From assembly GCA_977018835.1 (NCBI GenBank), contig OZ361257.1, positions 3,038,001-3,102,000 of the forward strand: DNA of 64,000 nucleotides, given 5' to 3'. The notes beneath the pieces were generated by a model that was not told the origin of the DNA, searched no databases, and saw only the letters and a program-made list of their open reading frames with translations. The stretch's first letter is position 1, and each line of letters opens with the position of its first letter. The stretch comes from Minutocellus sp. GHC0000111 (Eukaryota). Shown here piece by piece: positions 11,492 through 23,185 of this stretch. The position numbers and the translations under genes are program-made.

Positions 11492-13012
11492 TCTACCGTC
11501 TTCGCCTCCATCCTGGCCCGGCAGTCGCATGCCGCCAAGCTCGCCGAGCTCGCTGCCGTCGAGTACGAGCGGGCCGCGCTGGATCTGGAGCAGGCCACCG
11601 CCGCCCAGCAGCGGCAGGCCCAGGCGGTGATGGCCATGTCTCAGGTGGGGGGAGCGTCGCCCTATGAGGTCGCCATGGTTCAGGCCCAGATGCTCGGGGA
11701 GCAGATGCGGCTTCAGGGCCAGATGATGCCCGGGGCAAGCGCCGCTATCGCCGCAACTCGTACCGGTGGGATGATGATGCCGAGCATGATGGCGTTGCGG
11801 GCGCAGCAAGTTCAGATGCAGCAGCAGCAGCAGCAGCAACAGTCTCGGGAGGCACACGCCATGCAGGCTCCAGGTCAGACCAAGGTATCGGTCGCAGCTC
11901 CAGCTCCAGCCCAAACCCCAGCTCCAGCTCCGGCTCCAGCTCCAAAAGCGGAGCAGCGTCAGCCTCAGGCATCAAGCGTAGCAGCCAATGGTGTCAAGCA
12001 GACCAAGACTACGGCAATCGCCCCCGAGACTTCTACCGTCGACACCAAGACGAAAAAGGGTGAAGCTCCGAGCAAGAGCGCCATGGAAGATGAACTCGAC
12101 GCTGCCGAGGCCGTCCTTAGCTTGATGAGGGGAGGCGTTCGGAGGCCATCATTGGCTCATCAAGACACTACCAAGGCAGCAGCGACCGCCACAACCACGA
12201 GCAATGCCGTGTCGGAGGGGCAGGATAAGTCTAACCTGGCGGTGAAGGGGCAGAAACCATCCAAACCTACCGCTGCTGCATCTACGCTCTTTGCCCCCTC
12301 TGCTCAGATGCTACTCCAGGCAGCAACCTTGGAATCGACGTCCACCGACAATGCCGAGGGAAAGACCGAGAGTAAGCGAAAGCGGGCCAGTCGTAGGAGC
12401 TCTACCGATAGCAAATCATCCGAAGCCTCTGGAGATGAATCTGGCCAGGGCAAGAAACAGAAGAGGACGAGGAGCAAGAAGAAACCTGGCCAGCCTCGTC
12501 GTCCTCTCTCTGCTTACAACATCTTCTTTTCAGAGGAGAGAGCTAGAATTATCAAGAGTATGGATGAAGAGATGGATGGCGACGAAGATAATGGCGGTGT
12601 GGAAGAAGGGCAAGACATCCCTCTCATGAAGGATGCATCCGCCAATGGTCCGCTCAAGAATCGTCGTATGTCCCTGGAGTCCACGGAAGGAACCCCATCG
12701 GTATCCGCCTGCTCTTCTCCTGCCCTCTCTGTCGACGAAGTTGGCGCAGTGGCTGGGCAGAAGGCGCAGCAGATGCTGCTTGATCGCCGAATCAATCCCG
12801 CTGGTCCAGATCGGTCCAAGCGTCTGCATCGGCGCACGCACGGGAGGATCAGCTTCCAGGATCTCGCCCGTCAGATTGGTCAGAGGTGGAAAGCATTGCC
12901 CGCCGATCGCATGGACGAGTACAAGAGACTCGCCGAGATCGACATGAAGCGATACAAGGAAGATATGGTCGTCTGGAATGCACAGCAGCAGCAGCAGCAA
13001 GAGCAAAAGTGA
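10991..13012 (+). CDS. HMG-box protein, Ala/Gln-rich N-terminus
   Basis: PRRPLSAYNIFFSEERARI ... THGRISFQDLARQIGQRWKAL...DMKRYKEDM. Confidence 0.9.
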
Positions 13013-13336
13013 GAGCGAAAGAAGGTGCTGCATGCAAATAATTCACTTTGTAATAATGTATCTCTGACAAATGGAAAATTGAAATGGGACCAATCGGACC
13101 GATTATTATAAGAGGTACACAGATATCTACTCAGAGCAACAAAGGGTAATTTGGATATCTACACGTATTGTATGGTAGGAATTCCTAGCTAGATCCTAGA
13201 TTAACTCATAATTTGTACATTGTGTGATGCATATCGATATGCACGGGCAGAGGAGTTTCCGCGGTCATCAGAGTGGAAAAAAAGGGGTCGCCGTCGCGTC
13301 AGTTGCGTACTAGTACCAATTGGTACGCGTCTCGCG

Positions 13337-15925
13337 CACAGCCCCATCTCGTCTTGTTTCGCCGGTCGGATGAAGCGTTTTTCGGCAGAAGACGAACACG
13401 TCACGAAGAAACCCACCAAAACCCAATCTCGTTCGTCACCCATTTTTGACCGTCCAACACCATGGTGGTCCGTCGGCGTTGCGCCGGCGTATAACTATAT
13501 TTTCGTACCAAATACGCATTCATTATCATGTTTGGATATAGTTGAAGCTTACTGTATCCTCAGATTGGCCTCCGCTGCGCATCAACGCCACGAACCATCG
13601 GCCTGCTTTTCCTCCATCTGTCGGCCGTTCGTTTCTCTGGGGTGGTGCCATTGCTCCGTCTTTGTGCTCGTCGTGCTCCCGTTGTGATGCCCCAGACCCT
13701 CTGGTACTTTCCCACGTTGTTGTTGATGATAAACTGCCGGGATTGCGCCGCACCCCCCGTATGACCGACTCTCGCTGATCCCGACCGATCGCATCCCCAC
13801 TCGACCTCCCCCCCGGAATTCCGACAACAATTTTGCGCCCGAGGAGAGACAGATAGTATTGGGATAAGTTTATGCAACAATCAACCCGACAAAGGGACTT
13901 TTTGGCCTGGGAGATAAATGGGTGAGTTAAGAAGGACGTGATGTGTTTGTTTGGGTGTGCTATTTACTTTTTTGCTCAATCGCGATGCTGTTTGTAAAAG
14001 TTGGATTTTGTGCAATTCATTTGTTATTGTGTAGCAGTGGTGTAATTTCATTTTCTAATTTTATACATGCCCTGCTCCCATCTCTACATCCTCATCTCCA
14101 TCGGTGGCCATCATGATCATTTGTTGGCGCTTGTCATCAGTTTCTGCTTTTTAACAGCTTCGGTCCTTGTCCTTTTCCTTGCTCTTGCCACCCGAGAGTT
14201 TCGCTCCCGCCTCTCCTCGACCTTTGGATTGGATGCCCTCTCCTCAGCCTTGAACTGCGCCGTCTGTTGGGCCTCATGTCCCTTGACGCCCTGAGTCCGA
14301 CGATCTTCCTTAACGCCCTCTTGGTGGGGGCTCGCTCTACAAACGATTCGTCGAGCCAACAGAGATGCCGCCCCATCCATTCTTCACTAGCCAAATGTGT
14401 TGGTCCAAGATGTGATCTTCGAGTAAGTGCCACTTGGGCGTCATGCTAACACCGATTGCCCGTGCTTGCTTGAGGGCACTTGCAATCAATGCTTCAAGCT
14501 CTCTCACAGCCTTCTTTGCCTCATCATCCCATCCATTTCATGTGCCATTTCAGAAACCTGGAACATGTTGCGTCAAGAGTGTGGAGCAAGTTAGAGCAAG
14601 CTTTGCAGAGCTCTTTGATGTCGTCATCCGTCATGCCATCTTCCTCGCGATTGTGCTCTAGGAGAGTTCCTTTGGTGGAGGTGTCATGGTGGATGAACTC
14701 TATTGTCCTTGGTTTCTTCTTGTTGTTGTTGCCATCAGAAATGTTAACAGATAAAGCTCTCCAGCATTCTGCCAGCACTGCCCTTATTTTACCTGAGTCG
14801 GCCGCCTCAATGCCGGCCTTTTTCAGGAAATGGAAGTGAGGGGCATCGTCATCCTCGGCATCATCGACAGCTCCCATCTCTGGCTCGCCATCACCGTGCT
14901 TCTGACGATTCTTCTCAAAGTGCTGCTGCATGCATGCTTCATGTGTAGCGTCCTCTCTTGCAACATCAGCTTCGTCCTCATAACAGGGCACACAGTCCTC
15001 GTCTTCGTCGTCATCGTCCTCACTGATCTCGCCGGCCTCCGTCGTGGTCAGGGTGCCCACCGTCCCAACATCGTCGTCATTGTCCCACCCATCGTCCTGG
15101 CCATTGCATCCACCAGGGAACTTCTGGGCCTCGAGCAACATCTGCCTGTTGATTTCGTAGTCCATCGCCGCACATCCCACCGACACATGTGGTGCGACCG
15201 ACTTGAGGAATGCATCACATGCCTTCGTCAAATTGAGCCGCGGCGGCGGTGTTTCGAGGAGAAGTTGTTGTTGCTCGACCGTGACCATGTCGAAAGCCAC
15301 CATCCATCCATCATCATGGAGAGCGTCGGCTGCATGAGGATTGATAGAACCGAGGCGAACAAATATGCTCTTTTTGCATGGGGTTCGCTGAACGTCGTCG
15401 GCAAGGCAGTGTCTTGACACCATTTCATCCCATCCACTCTGGTTGTCTGTCCTCACAAAAAACACATCGCACGTAGTCTTCGTGTTTCTTCTTCTTCAAA
15501 CCCAAGATGCCCGCAGTGCACATGACGGCGCCGTACACATGATGGGACTGCATCCCAACACATTCATCAAGGAGTCGTTGTTGTTGCCGATGAAGTTGTA
15601 GTGATGAAGTTCCTTTCTGCGAAGACGGACGAGCAGTTCAGCCAGGGCGTCCTGCACCGCAGTTCTGTCTGCGGTGTTGACCGCGGGATTGCGGCCGTTA
15701 TTTTTTTTGCTCATGGAGAATTATGGATCGAGACCAACGGGAATATCACCAGGATGTCGGGAGTGCCTGGTTGGTCTCGTGCCGTAATTCTCCCACACCA
15801 GCGCGAGACATCGCCTTTGTTCTGCACGCAGTGGCGGCAATTTGAATTTTTGCTTCGCGCGCCGGCCGGCCACCGAAAGTGCGACCAAAAGTATGTGAGT
15901 CATCCGGCTGGCAGATGGTGCTGTG
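13337..15925 (-). mobile_element. Non-autonomous CAC...GTG DNA transposon (Chapaev/Transib/RAG1-like), internally deleted
   Basis: The left end reads CACAGCCCCATCT (13337) and the reverse complement of the right end reads CACAGCACCATCT (15925). CGCG flanks both sides (13333-13336, 15926-15929). A degenerate minus-strand transposase lies inside. Confidence 0.8.
14062..15714 (-). pseudogene. Frameshifted, internally deleted RAG1/Transib/Chapaev-like transposase
   Basis: Joined frames give ...TPKWHLLEDHILDQH...GWGG..WLDESFVERAHQ, matching the HxxxxH zinc ligands and catalytic-Glu region of RAG1/Transib/CMC-type transposases. The central DD core is not visible. Confidence 0.7.
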
Positions 15926-16060
15926 CGCGTCGCGACGAACATGTGGTCTGTGCTTCAACCGGATCGAAAGAAATCGTATCGTGTCAGGGAAACATGACAT
16001 AAATGAAGCAACCGGACGCATATCTTGCAACAATTAAACTCCGTCGAGGCAAGCAACACG

Positions 16061-16618
16061 ATGATCACAATCGTTAAAATAATATCAATCGCCACAACTC
16101 TCTCTGTGGTCTTCGGTACCGGTCCTCTGGAGGTCTCGGCGTTTGCACCGGCATCGGTACCCATGCGGGTGTCAGGTGCAACAAGATGCGGAACGCCACA
16201 TCGTCAGATCCTCATGATCAGATCCATGACGAGGAAGGATGATGGTCTGACCGAGGAAGAAAGACAGGTCAAAATGGACAAGGCCCTAAAAGCCATGACG
16301 GCATTCTCGAACAAATATATTGAGCAGACTGACACCAAGTACTGCACCGACATGTCGGTTCCGGCTGTCGTCATCAAAGGGCTTGCGGAGCACAAGGTCC
16401 AGCTTGGTGCTCCCCTGTGCCCCTGTCGGTTTTATGATGACAAGGAAAAGGAAGTAAAGGAGGGGTACTGGAATTGTCCCTGCGTTCCAATGCGAGAAAG
16501 GAAGGAGTGCCACTGTATGCTGTTCCTCACGGAGGACAATGCCTTTGCGGGAGATCAAACTAAAATCACAGTGGAGGAAGTGATCAAACTGAGTGGTGGA
16601 GCAGCTTCGAAAGAATAG
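16061..16618 (+). CDS. ftrC: Ferredoxin-thioredoxin reductase catalytic (beta) subunit, plastid-targeted
   Basis: CPC...CPC...CHC motifs (APLCPCR, WNCPCVPMRERKECHCMLF) and a signal peptide followed by VSAFAP. Confidence 0.93.
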   Translation: MITIVKIISIATTLSVVFGTGPLEVSAFAPASVPMRVSGATRCGTPHRQILMIRSMTRKDDGLTEEERQVKMDKALKAMTAFSNKYIEQTDTKYCTDMSVPAVVIKGLAEHKVQLGAPLCPCRFYDDKEKEVKEGYWNCPCVPMRERKECHCMLFLTEDNAFAGDQTKITVEEVIKLSGGAASKE

Positions 16619-16836
16619 GAGTAGTGAGTCGAAGGGTTTCAATTCGAGTGCTGGATATGATTCCACAAGTTTCATTGGAGAGCCATGAAATGTCATTGGG
16701 AGTTGCCGATTAGTTGCGTTGTTTATTTTGGCGCTTCGAGCTGAAGCATAAACAGGGAATAAGAACAAGCTGTAGAATTGAGACATCGTCTCTTTTACAG
16801 TTGTCTTTAAAATCGATTTAGATACAAAAAATATTT

Positions 16837-18041
16837 TTACAACTTCGCTGGGGCCTTGGCCTTGATGGCCGCATCGACAGCCTTGGAAACATCAGCTGGG
16901 CTGGCAGTGCCGTCGATATCAACGCTGATATCGGTGTAGCTTCCCTTGACGGCATCAACATTGGCATGGAACTGCTCGAGACGGACCTTGACCTTCTCTT
17001 CGGTATCATCACTGCGCTGCTCAAGACGTGCCAATACTTCCTCATCATCCGGAGGCGAGAAGGTCATGTGGTAAATCTTTCCAGTGACAGGATCGGTACG
17101 ACGACCAACGACACGCTCGACAAGAACATCGTCGGGGACATTGAGGAAAAGGAAGCAGTCAGCCGAAACTCCAGCAGCGGCAAGAGCATCGGCCTGGGCA
17201 GGAGTGCGGGGGAAACCATCGAGAAGCCATCCGCTCTTTTGGCAATCAGACTGGTCAACGCGATCCTTGACCTATTATTTCATATTCACAATAAGATCGT
17301 ACCAACATTTATGTTGTGAAAGGAAAAGGAATGGGGGAGTGTGAGAATGAAATTGCACGGCAAAGCGATCTGATATGGATCAGCCTTCAACAACTAGTTC
17401 AGCATCACCCATCAACCGCGTGCAAAGAAAGAATAATATGCTGCAAGATCTCTGTAGAAATTTCGACGTACCACTCCAATAATGACATCATCAGGAACAA
17501 GCTTTCCAGAATCCATGAATTCCTTGGCAAGCTTTCCAACTTCAGTCTGGTCAGCAACAGCAGCCCGAAGCATATCTCCGGTCGACAGATGAACAAGGCC
17601 ATACTTGTCCTTGATGATCTCGCACTGCGTGCCCTTGCCACTGGCGGGAGCACCGGCAATGATGATTTTGAGAGGATCGGCGACGGCCTTGCCAACACTG
17701 CTGCTGCTGTCGGCGACGGGAGCGGCAGCTCCAGCGGCGGCCCTCATCTGCTCGGTCTGCTCGGCGGTCGCGGGAACGTAGTCCTCCCCGTCCTGCACAA
17801 CCTCAAAGTTGCGAATGCGATCGTTCAGCTGCCTCTTGTGGCGGCGGGAGATCTTCTTGAGACGGTTGAGGCCCATCAAACCAACGAGATTGACCTCATC
17901 GAAATTCTCGTCGACGACGAGCTCGGTCTTCTCGGCCTCGGCCTGAAGAATTGTGTTAGATGTTGCCGTGCGAGAAGCAATCGGTGCGAAAGCGGAGGCT
18001 GTGGCCAGAAGGCCCGTCAAGACAGCAACGCGAAGGAACAT
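16837..18041 (-). CDS. adk: Plastid-targeted adenylate kinase with an extra N-terminal domain; exons 18041-17472 and 17271-16837
   Basis: ASAFAP presequence; GAPASGKGTQC, HLSTGDMLR, GWLLDGFPRT, GRRTDPVTG..YH and RSDD motifs; GT-AG intron 17471-17272. Confidence 0.92.
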
Positions 18042-18219
18042 CACCAAAAAAGTGAGTGAGCTGCATGGTTTCGAACGTCATTCGAGAGTCGTGTCTTGGC
18101 CTCATAACCCGATGGTTGCCTCCAGATTTTTCAGATTTTCGATATTGCAGCAGCCAGCATAGCGCAGGCAGGGGATATCAAAAACGGCATCACATCTTGA
18201 CTATCGCTGGCTGCTCCGT

Positions 18220-18957
18220 ATGCGCTGTTCTCTATTCACAACAACAGGAATTGCAATAGTGGTAGCTTGCATATTGTCATTCGAATGTAGTACTACTGCC
18301 ACCACACTCGAGGAAACAGCAGAGGCCGAAATTGCCAGCCCACCACCACCAGCCGCCAAATGCGAATCTGAAGAAGATTTGGACTTTGTTACCTGTGATT
18401 TGAAGCACTTATCCAAAGAAGCACTTCAATCCATTTGCACTCGAGTTGGACTGGACCTCGAGAAGCACATCTTTCCCATCTTAGACGCGGAAATTGGAGG
18501 CATCGACGACGATGCCTCATCTGAAGTTGAGAGAAGCATTGAGGAATATGTTTGGGCTGCTCACGAATGCTTGCTCATCGAAGACGAGGTAGATGAAATT
18601 GAGGACGAAGACCCAGAAGGGCTCGAGGCATTGGAAATGGCCATGCTCGAAGATGATCCAGATCTGTTGGCCGAAGTGATTAGTGATGTACTTGAATCAA
18701 ATCCTGCCCTTCTACAGGATTTGGAGGAAGAGCTGAAACGGGAAGATCCAGAGCACTATCAGGGTATGATTGAAGAATTGGCGGAGGGCGAATCGCTTAT
18801 CGACAGGCCGGAACTCGTCGCGGACTTAATAGCTCTCATGTTGGCCGAAAATCCAGATATGGCTCTCATCGATGAGATTGATGACCACATGATACATGAT
18901 GAAGAAAATTCAGATGATTCCGAAGAAGCGGCACGAATAGGGAAGGAAGAACTGTGA
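18220..18957 (+). CDS. Acidic, probably ER-resident protein of unknown function
   Basis: N-terminal signal peptide-like segment, very D/E-rich body and a C-terminal KEEL (KDEL-like retention signal). Confidence 0.7.
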   Translation: MRCSLFTTTGIAIVVACILSFECSTTATTLEETAEAEIASPPPPAAKCESEEDLDFVTCDLKHLSKEALQSICTRVGLDLEKHIFPILDAEIGGIDDDASSEVERSIEEYVWAAHECLLIEDEVDEIEDEDPEGLEALEMAMLEDDPDLLAEVISDVLESNPALLQDLEEELKREDPEHYQGMIEELAEGESLIDRPELVADLIALMLAENPDMALIDEIDDHMIHDEENSDDSEEAARIGKEEL

Positions 18958-19316
18958 CGCCACATACTTGCAAGATAATTGAATAAGAATGCGAATACCA
19001 GGTACAAGTGTACTTAAACTTTTGGAACAATGTGAGTATCACTAGTGCCTAAAGCTACGTAGTAGCAGACCTAGGCAATGCCGAAGGTTGGCGATGCGAT
19101 GCAAATACAAATGTTCGCGACATTCTCTGTTGACATACAATACATAACGAATATATATGTGCTAATGTTAGTTTGGTGATATTTCCCACCAGTGAGTGTG
19201 CTATGATGCAGATATCGGAAAAGTATAGAATCTGAATCATATCTACAAGTGTTTTTCTTTCAGACGCCAAAGTACAAATGATACATCCTTTGCTTTGGCC
19301 AATTGCCTAGAATGAA

Positions 19317-21481
19317 TCAGGCCGACGATTCTCCCGTGGGAATGGCCTCGCCTGCCGAGTTCTTCATCTTCTTCTTCTGATACTCTTGCGTCTTCTCCTT
19401 GTAATTGTCCATATCGATGGCGGCAAGCGACTTATAGTGATCTCTCCGATCATCGGCCAGAGCCTTCCACCGACTAGCAATGAGCTTGGCCAAAGTCTGG
19501 AAGCCAATCTTGCCGTGGGTCTTGCGGTGAGGCCTAGGCTTCTCCTTATTGTTGAGGCGGAGGGTCATGAGCTCGTCGTACGTGGAGGGAGAGAAATCCG
19601 AGTCGTCGAGGTCAACATCCTTGAGTGGGTCCTCCTCTTGCTTCTCTCCGTCCTTGTCGTCCTTGCCCTCGTCCTCCTTGTTGCTCTCGTCACCGTCCTT
19701 GTCACCCCCGTCTTCCTTCTCGGCTGCTTTCTTTTCATCTCTTTTCTTCATGGCCTTGAGGATCCTTTCTCTCTCGTCAATGAAGAAGAAGTTGTAAGCC
19801 GAAAGAGGACGACGAGGAGCATCGGCGGGTCTGGTGCGATTGTTCTTGGTACTTGCAGATCCCGTTTGGGATGCCGTTGGCACAGGAACCCCACTTGGGA
19901 CAGGATAAGTGTTGCTGTTGCTGCTGTCTCCAGCGTTCATCGGCTGCATCATGGCCGGTTGCATCACGGTGCCGTTCACCATGGGCAGAGTGGAGCGGCG
20001 CTCCTGAGCGGCGGCAAAGCTGGCAGCAGCACTGGCTGCGTTGGAAAGACGGCGTTCCGCTATCATGGCCTCGGCTAGGAGGGCAGCATTGGGAATCTGC
20101 TGGAGACCACCAGCGTTCTGGGCGAGCAGGTCCATGGAAACGCGACGGGGGAACCCAGACATCATTTGGCCCATTTGCATGGCGGGCAGCATATTCATGT
20201 TACCAAGGGCGGCCATCCCAGGCATCATCATGCCAGGTGCCATACCGAGAGCAGGCTGCATCATTGCATCGGCGTTGGCGTTGGCAGCCATTGCATTGCC
20301 GTCAGCTGCAGCAGCGCCACCCCCAGAGGCAACATGATCTTGCTGCTTCTTTCCCGACATGGAGAGGAAGGTTTCGGCAGCCTCGAGGTCTCTGGCGTCG
20401 GCCTGTTCACCTCCTTCTCCTTCGGTACCGCCGGCGTTACTGGCGCTGTTGGCAGCATTGGCGTTGTTGTTGCTGCCAGAGGATGACCCATCGGTAGGAT
20501 TGTCTCCGGTGGCAGTGGCAGTGGCAGTAACATTAGTTGCGGCAGCCTGGGCCTGGAGCAGATCTTCGTTGTTGCCCCCCTGTCCCATGGCCGCCTGCGA
20601 CGCTGCGAGGGCGGTGTGGGTTTCCAGCTCCGCCAGCCGAGCCTGCGCGGCCTGGACCTCGGCCCGGGCAGTTCGAATCTGGGCCAGGCGGAGCAGCGTC
20701 TGCTGGTCGGACTGTCCACCACCACCGCTGGCGGCATTCGAGTTGGCATTGGAAGCGTCGGGCGACCCCTCCGGAGCTGCCCCCGGCGCCCCCGGCATGG
20801 TGCCGAGGCTTAGGCTGGGACGGGCGGGTTAGGGCCAAATCCAAGACTGGCACGACGAGTTCCCATGGTGCCCAAGCCCAAACTCGCGCGTGTGCCCATG
20901 GTGCCCAAACCAAGACTCGCGCGCGTGCCCATGGTACCCAGTCCTAGGCTGCCGCGCGGCGTCAGCGTTCCGAGGCCCAGGCTCGCCCGCGGATCGTTGG
21001 GGTCCAGTCCGAGACTTGCTCTCGCCAGGGCCATGGTAGTCTTGTGCTGCTCGGACTGCAGGGCCATCGCCCTCTCGAAGAGGGAGTTGTCGCCCAGCAT
21101 CTGCTGCTGATGATTCATCGCCATCCCGTCGGCCGGGTTCATGAGGCCCATGCCTCCTCCTGGATTCAATAGGCCCATGTTCACGTTGCCCAAACCCATT
21201 CCCATCATCCCGCCGCCGGCGGCCGTGAGCGAGGCCCGGCGGATGACTCGCTCGGCCATCATGGCGGCGTTGACGGCCGCCGATGGGTCCATCGCGGCTG
21301 CTGTGGCGGCGGCGGCAGTGGCAGGAGGGGCGGTCGGGGTTGTGGAAGAAGCGGCAGCGGCCGTGTCCGCGGTAGGCCTAGTAGCGATAGCTGTCTGAGA
21401 GTCGCCGGAGGTTTCAGCAGACGCGCCCGCAGGTGCCACTGCCGGCTGCGGCTCAGCAGCCACGGCCTCGTTCGTCAACAT
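19317..21481 (-). CDS. HMG-box protein; apparent 1-bp frameshift near 20826 joins ORFs 21481-20810 and 20798-19317
   Basis: The C-terminal HMG box reads PRRPLSAYNFFFIDERERI...THGKIGFQTLAKLIASRWKAL. Adding one base gives ...GPNP-ARPSLSLGTMPG, which continues the RASLGLGTM repeat. Confidence 0.8.
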
Positions 21482-22058
21482 GGTGTCTTTATATGCCAGG
21501 TACGTAGTATGTATCAATCGGTATCTTTCTCAACAAAGGAGATTCGATGATTCGACTGTCTTTGGCTGCTGGGAAAGGTAAAACGGTAAATGACTCAGAG
21601 CGAGATAATAATTTATTTGTGCTCGGCTTTGCTTTCTCGAGATACGCGTCGATTTCGGACAACTTTCTTCACCAAGCTACGATGGGGAATTCACTGTTGA
21701 GTACAGAATACGTCCAATGGAATTGGGCAGGCGATGGCTACCAAATTTGGACCGATTGGGGGCCGAGAAAGATGGCAACAGGCCGTGCGTTTTGTGTCGG
21801 TCTCGTGCGGGGCGGGGCTGTTTCGTTAGATCAGCCCGCCAGTTCCCAGCATCTGTCACAGTCCGCGCGGTGGACTGCGAGTCGACTGGCGCTTTGGCGA
21901 AGGTCAGACGATTCGATTTGGGGGGAGTGGCGTGGCGCGAGCGAGACTGGCGAGAGACGCGACTGACGCATGAACGGCCACCACCAGCCAGCAAACCACG
22001 CCAAAACGATACAACAATAATACGCACAATCGAAAAGCCGCCGCCAAACAGGTAAAAA

Positions 22059-22388
22059 ATGAAGACCGCCGTCTGCGCCACCCTTGCCCTCGTCGCCGCC
22101 TCGGCTTCGGCCTTTGTCGTGCCCTCCGCCAGTGGACCTCAGTCCACCGCCCTCCGCGCCGAGGCCGAGAAGACCGAGCTCGTCGTCGACGAGAATTTCG
22201 ATGAGGTCAATCTCGTTGGCCTCAACCGTCTCAAGAAGATCTCCCGCCGCCACAAGAGGCAGCTGAACGATCGCATTCGCAACTTTGAGGTTGTGCAGGA
22301 CGGAGAGGACTACGTTCCCGCGACCACCGAGCAGATGAGGGCCGCCGCTGGTAGCTCGGCTGCCCCTGCTGCCGCCGATGAGGAGTAA
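22059..22388 (+). CDS. Small plastid-targeted protein of unknown function, nearly identical to the N-terminal domain of the adenylate kinase gene
   Basis: Presequence MKTAVCATLALVAASASAFV, then AEAEKTELVVDENFDEVNLVGLNRLKKISRRHKR..., shared with 17740-17942 (-). Confidence 0.8.
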   Translation: MKTAVCATLALVAASASAFVVPSASGPQSTALRAEAEKTELVVDENFDEVNLVGLNRLKKISRRHKRQLNDRIRNFEVVQDGEDYVPATTEQMRAAAGSSAAPAAADEE

Positions 22389-23185
22389 ACGCAACCCGTG
22401 TGGACTTTACCTTTGCTTCGCTACGTACGTGTGTGTAGCTGAAAAAGCGCTGATGAGATTTTGAGGAATGCTCCCAAGTAAGAATGGAGTATCTGTGTAT
22501 GTGTTTGAGAGTAAGTGAGATTGGAGTTGAGCACGAATGTAACGGTGCGTTTTTTTTTGGTGTATGTGTGTGAAAAAGTGCAAATGCACCGGCGACGCGA
22601 CACATTCCCATTACTATTTGGAAATGCAATTTCTTGGTATGCTCTATAGCCTTAAATGTTCATACTTTAGCAAGCTAGTGAGTTCAATTCACCTGAGGCA
22701 TCTGCCTGCTTCATCACAGAGCTTTCTCTATGTTAAACGTAGATATCTACCTCTTCTTAATGGTCGAGTAATACGAGTTCCTTCATGTACCAATTGGTAG
22801 GTCTGATTCGCCGAACCGATGTTGATTTTATTATACTATACGTCTATGTAGTAAGGATCCTCACATGCCTACCTATGTGAGAGGAGAGAGATTTTTCTAT
22901 AAGTCTTTACTGGAAACAGTCACAAATGCCTCTTCAAGTGATTTGATTTTGCCTGCCCAAGAAAAGGAAAAGACAAATAAAATCTGTTGGAATTTCTACA
23001 TCCCGGCTAGCCAGCGAAAGTATCAGCAAATACTATGTAAGCATTGTATATATGCGTGTAGTTCGATTCTATAACCTTATTGTATTAGCTGCATGCACTC
23101 TGGTAGTGCCGACGCTCGCTGGCGATATTTAGATAACATGTATGTGCATGTACCGGGGATGGGAACCATCGTCTCCGATGTGTGC

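Noticed and set aside
13221..13246. Palindrome TGCATATCGATATGCA as a transposon end
   Set aside because: It has no partner end or TSD. The supported terminus is at 13337.
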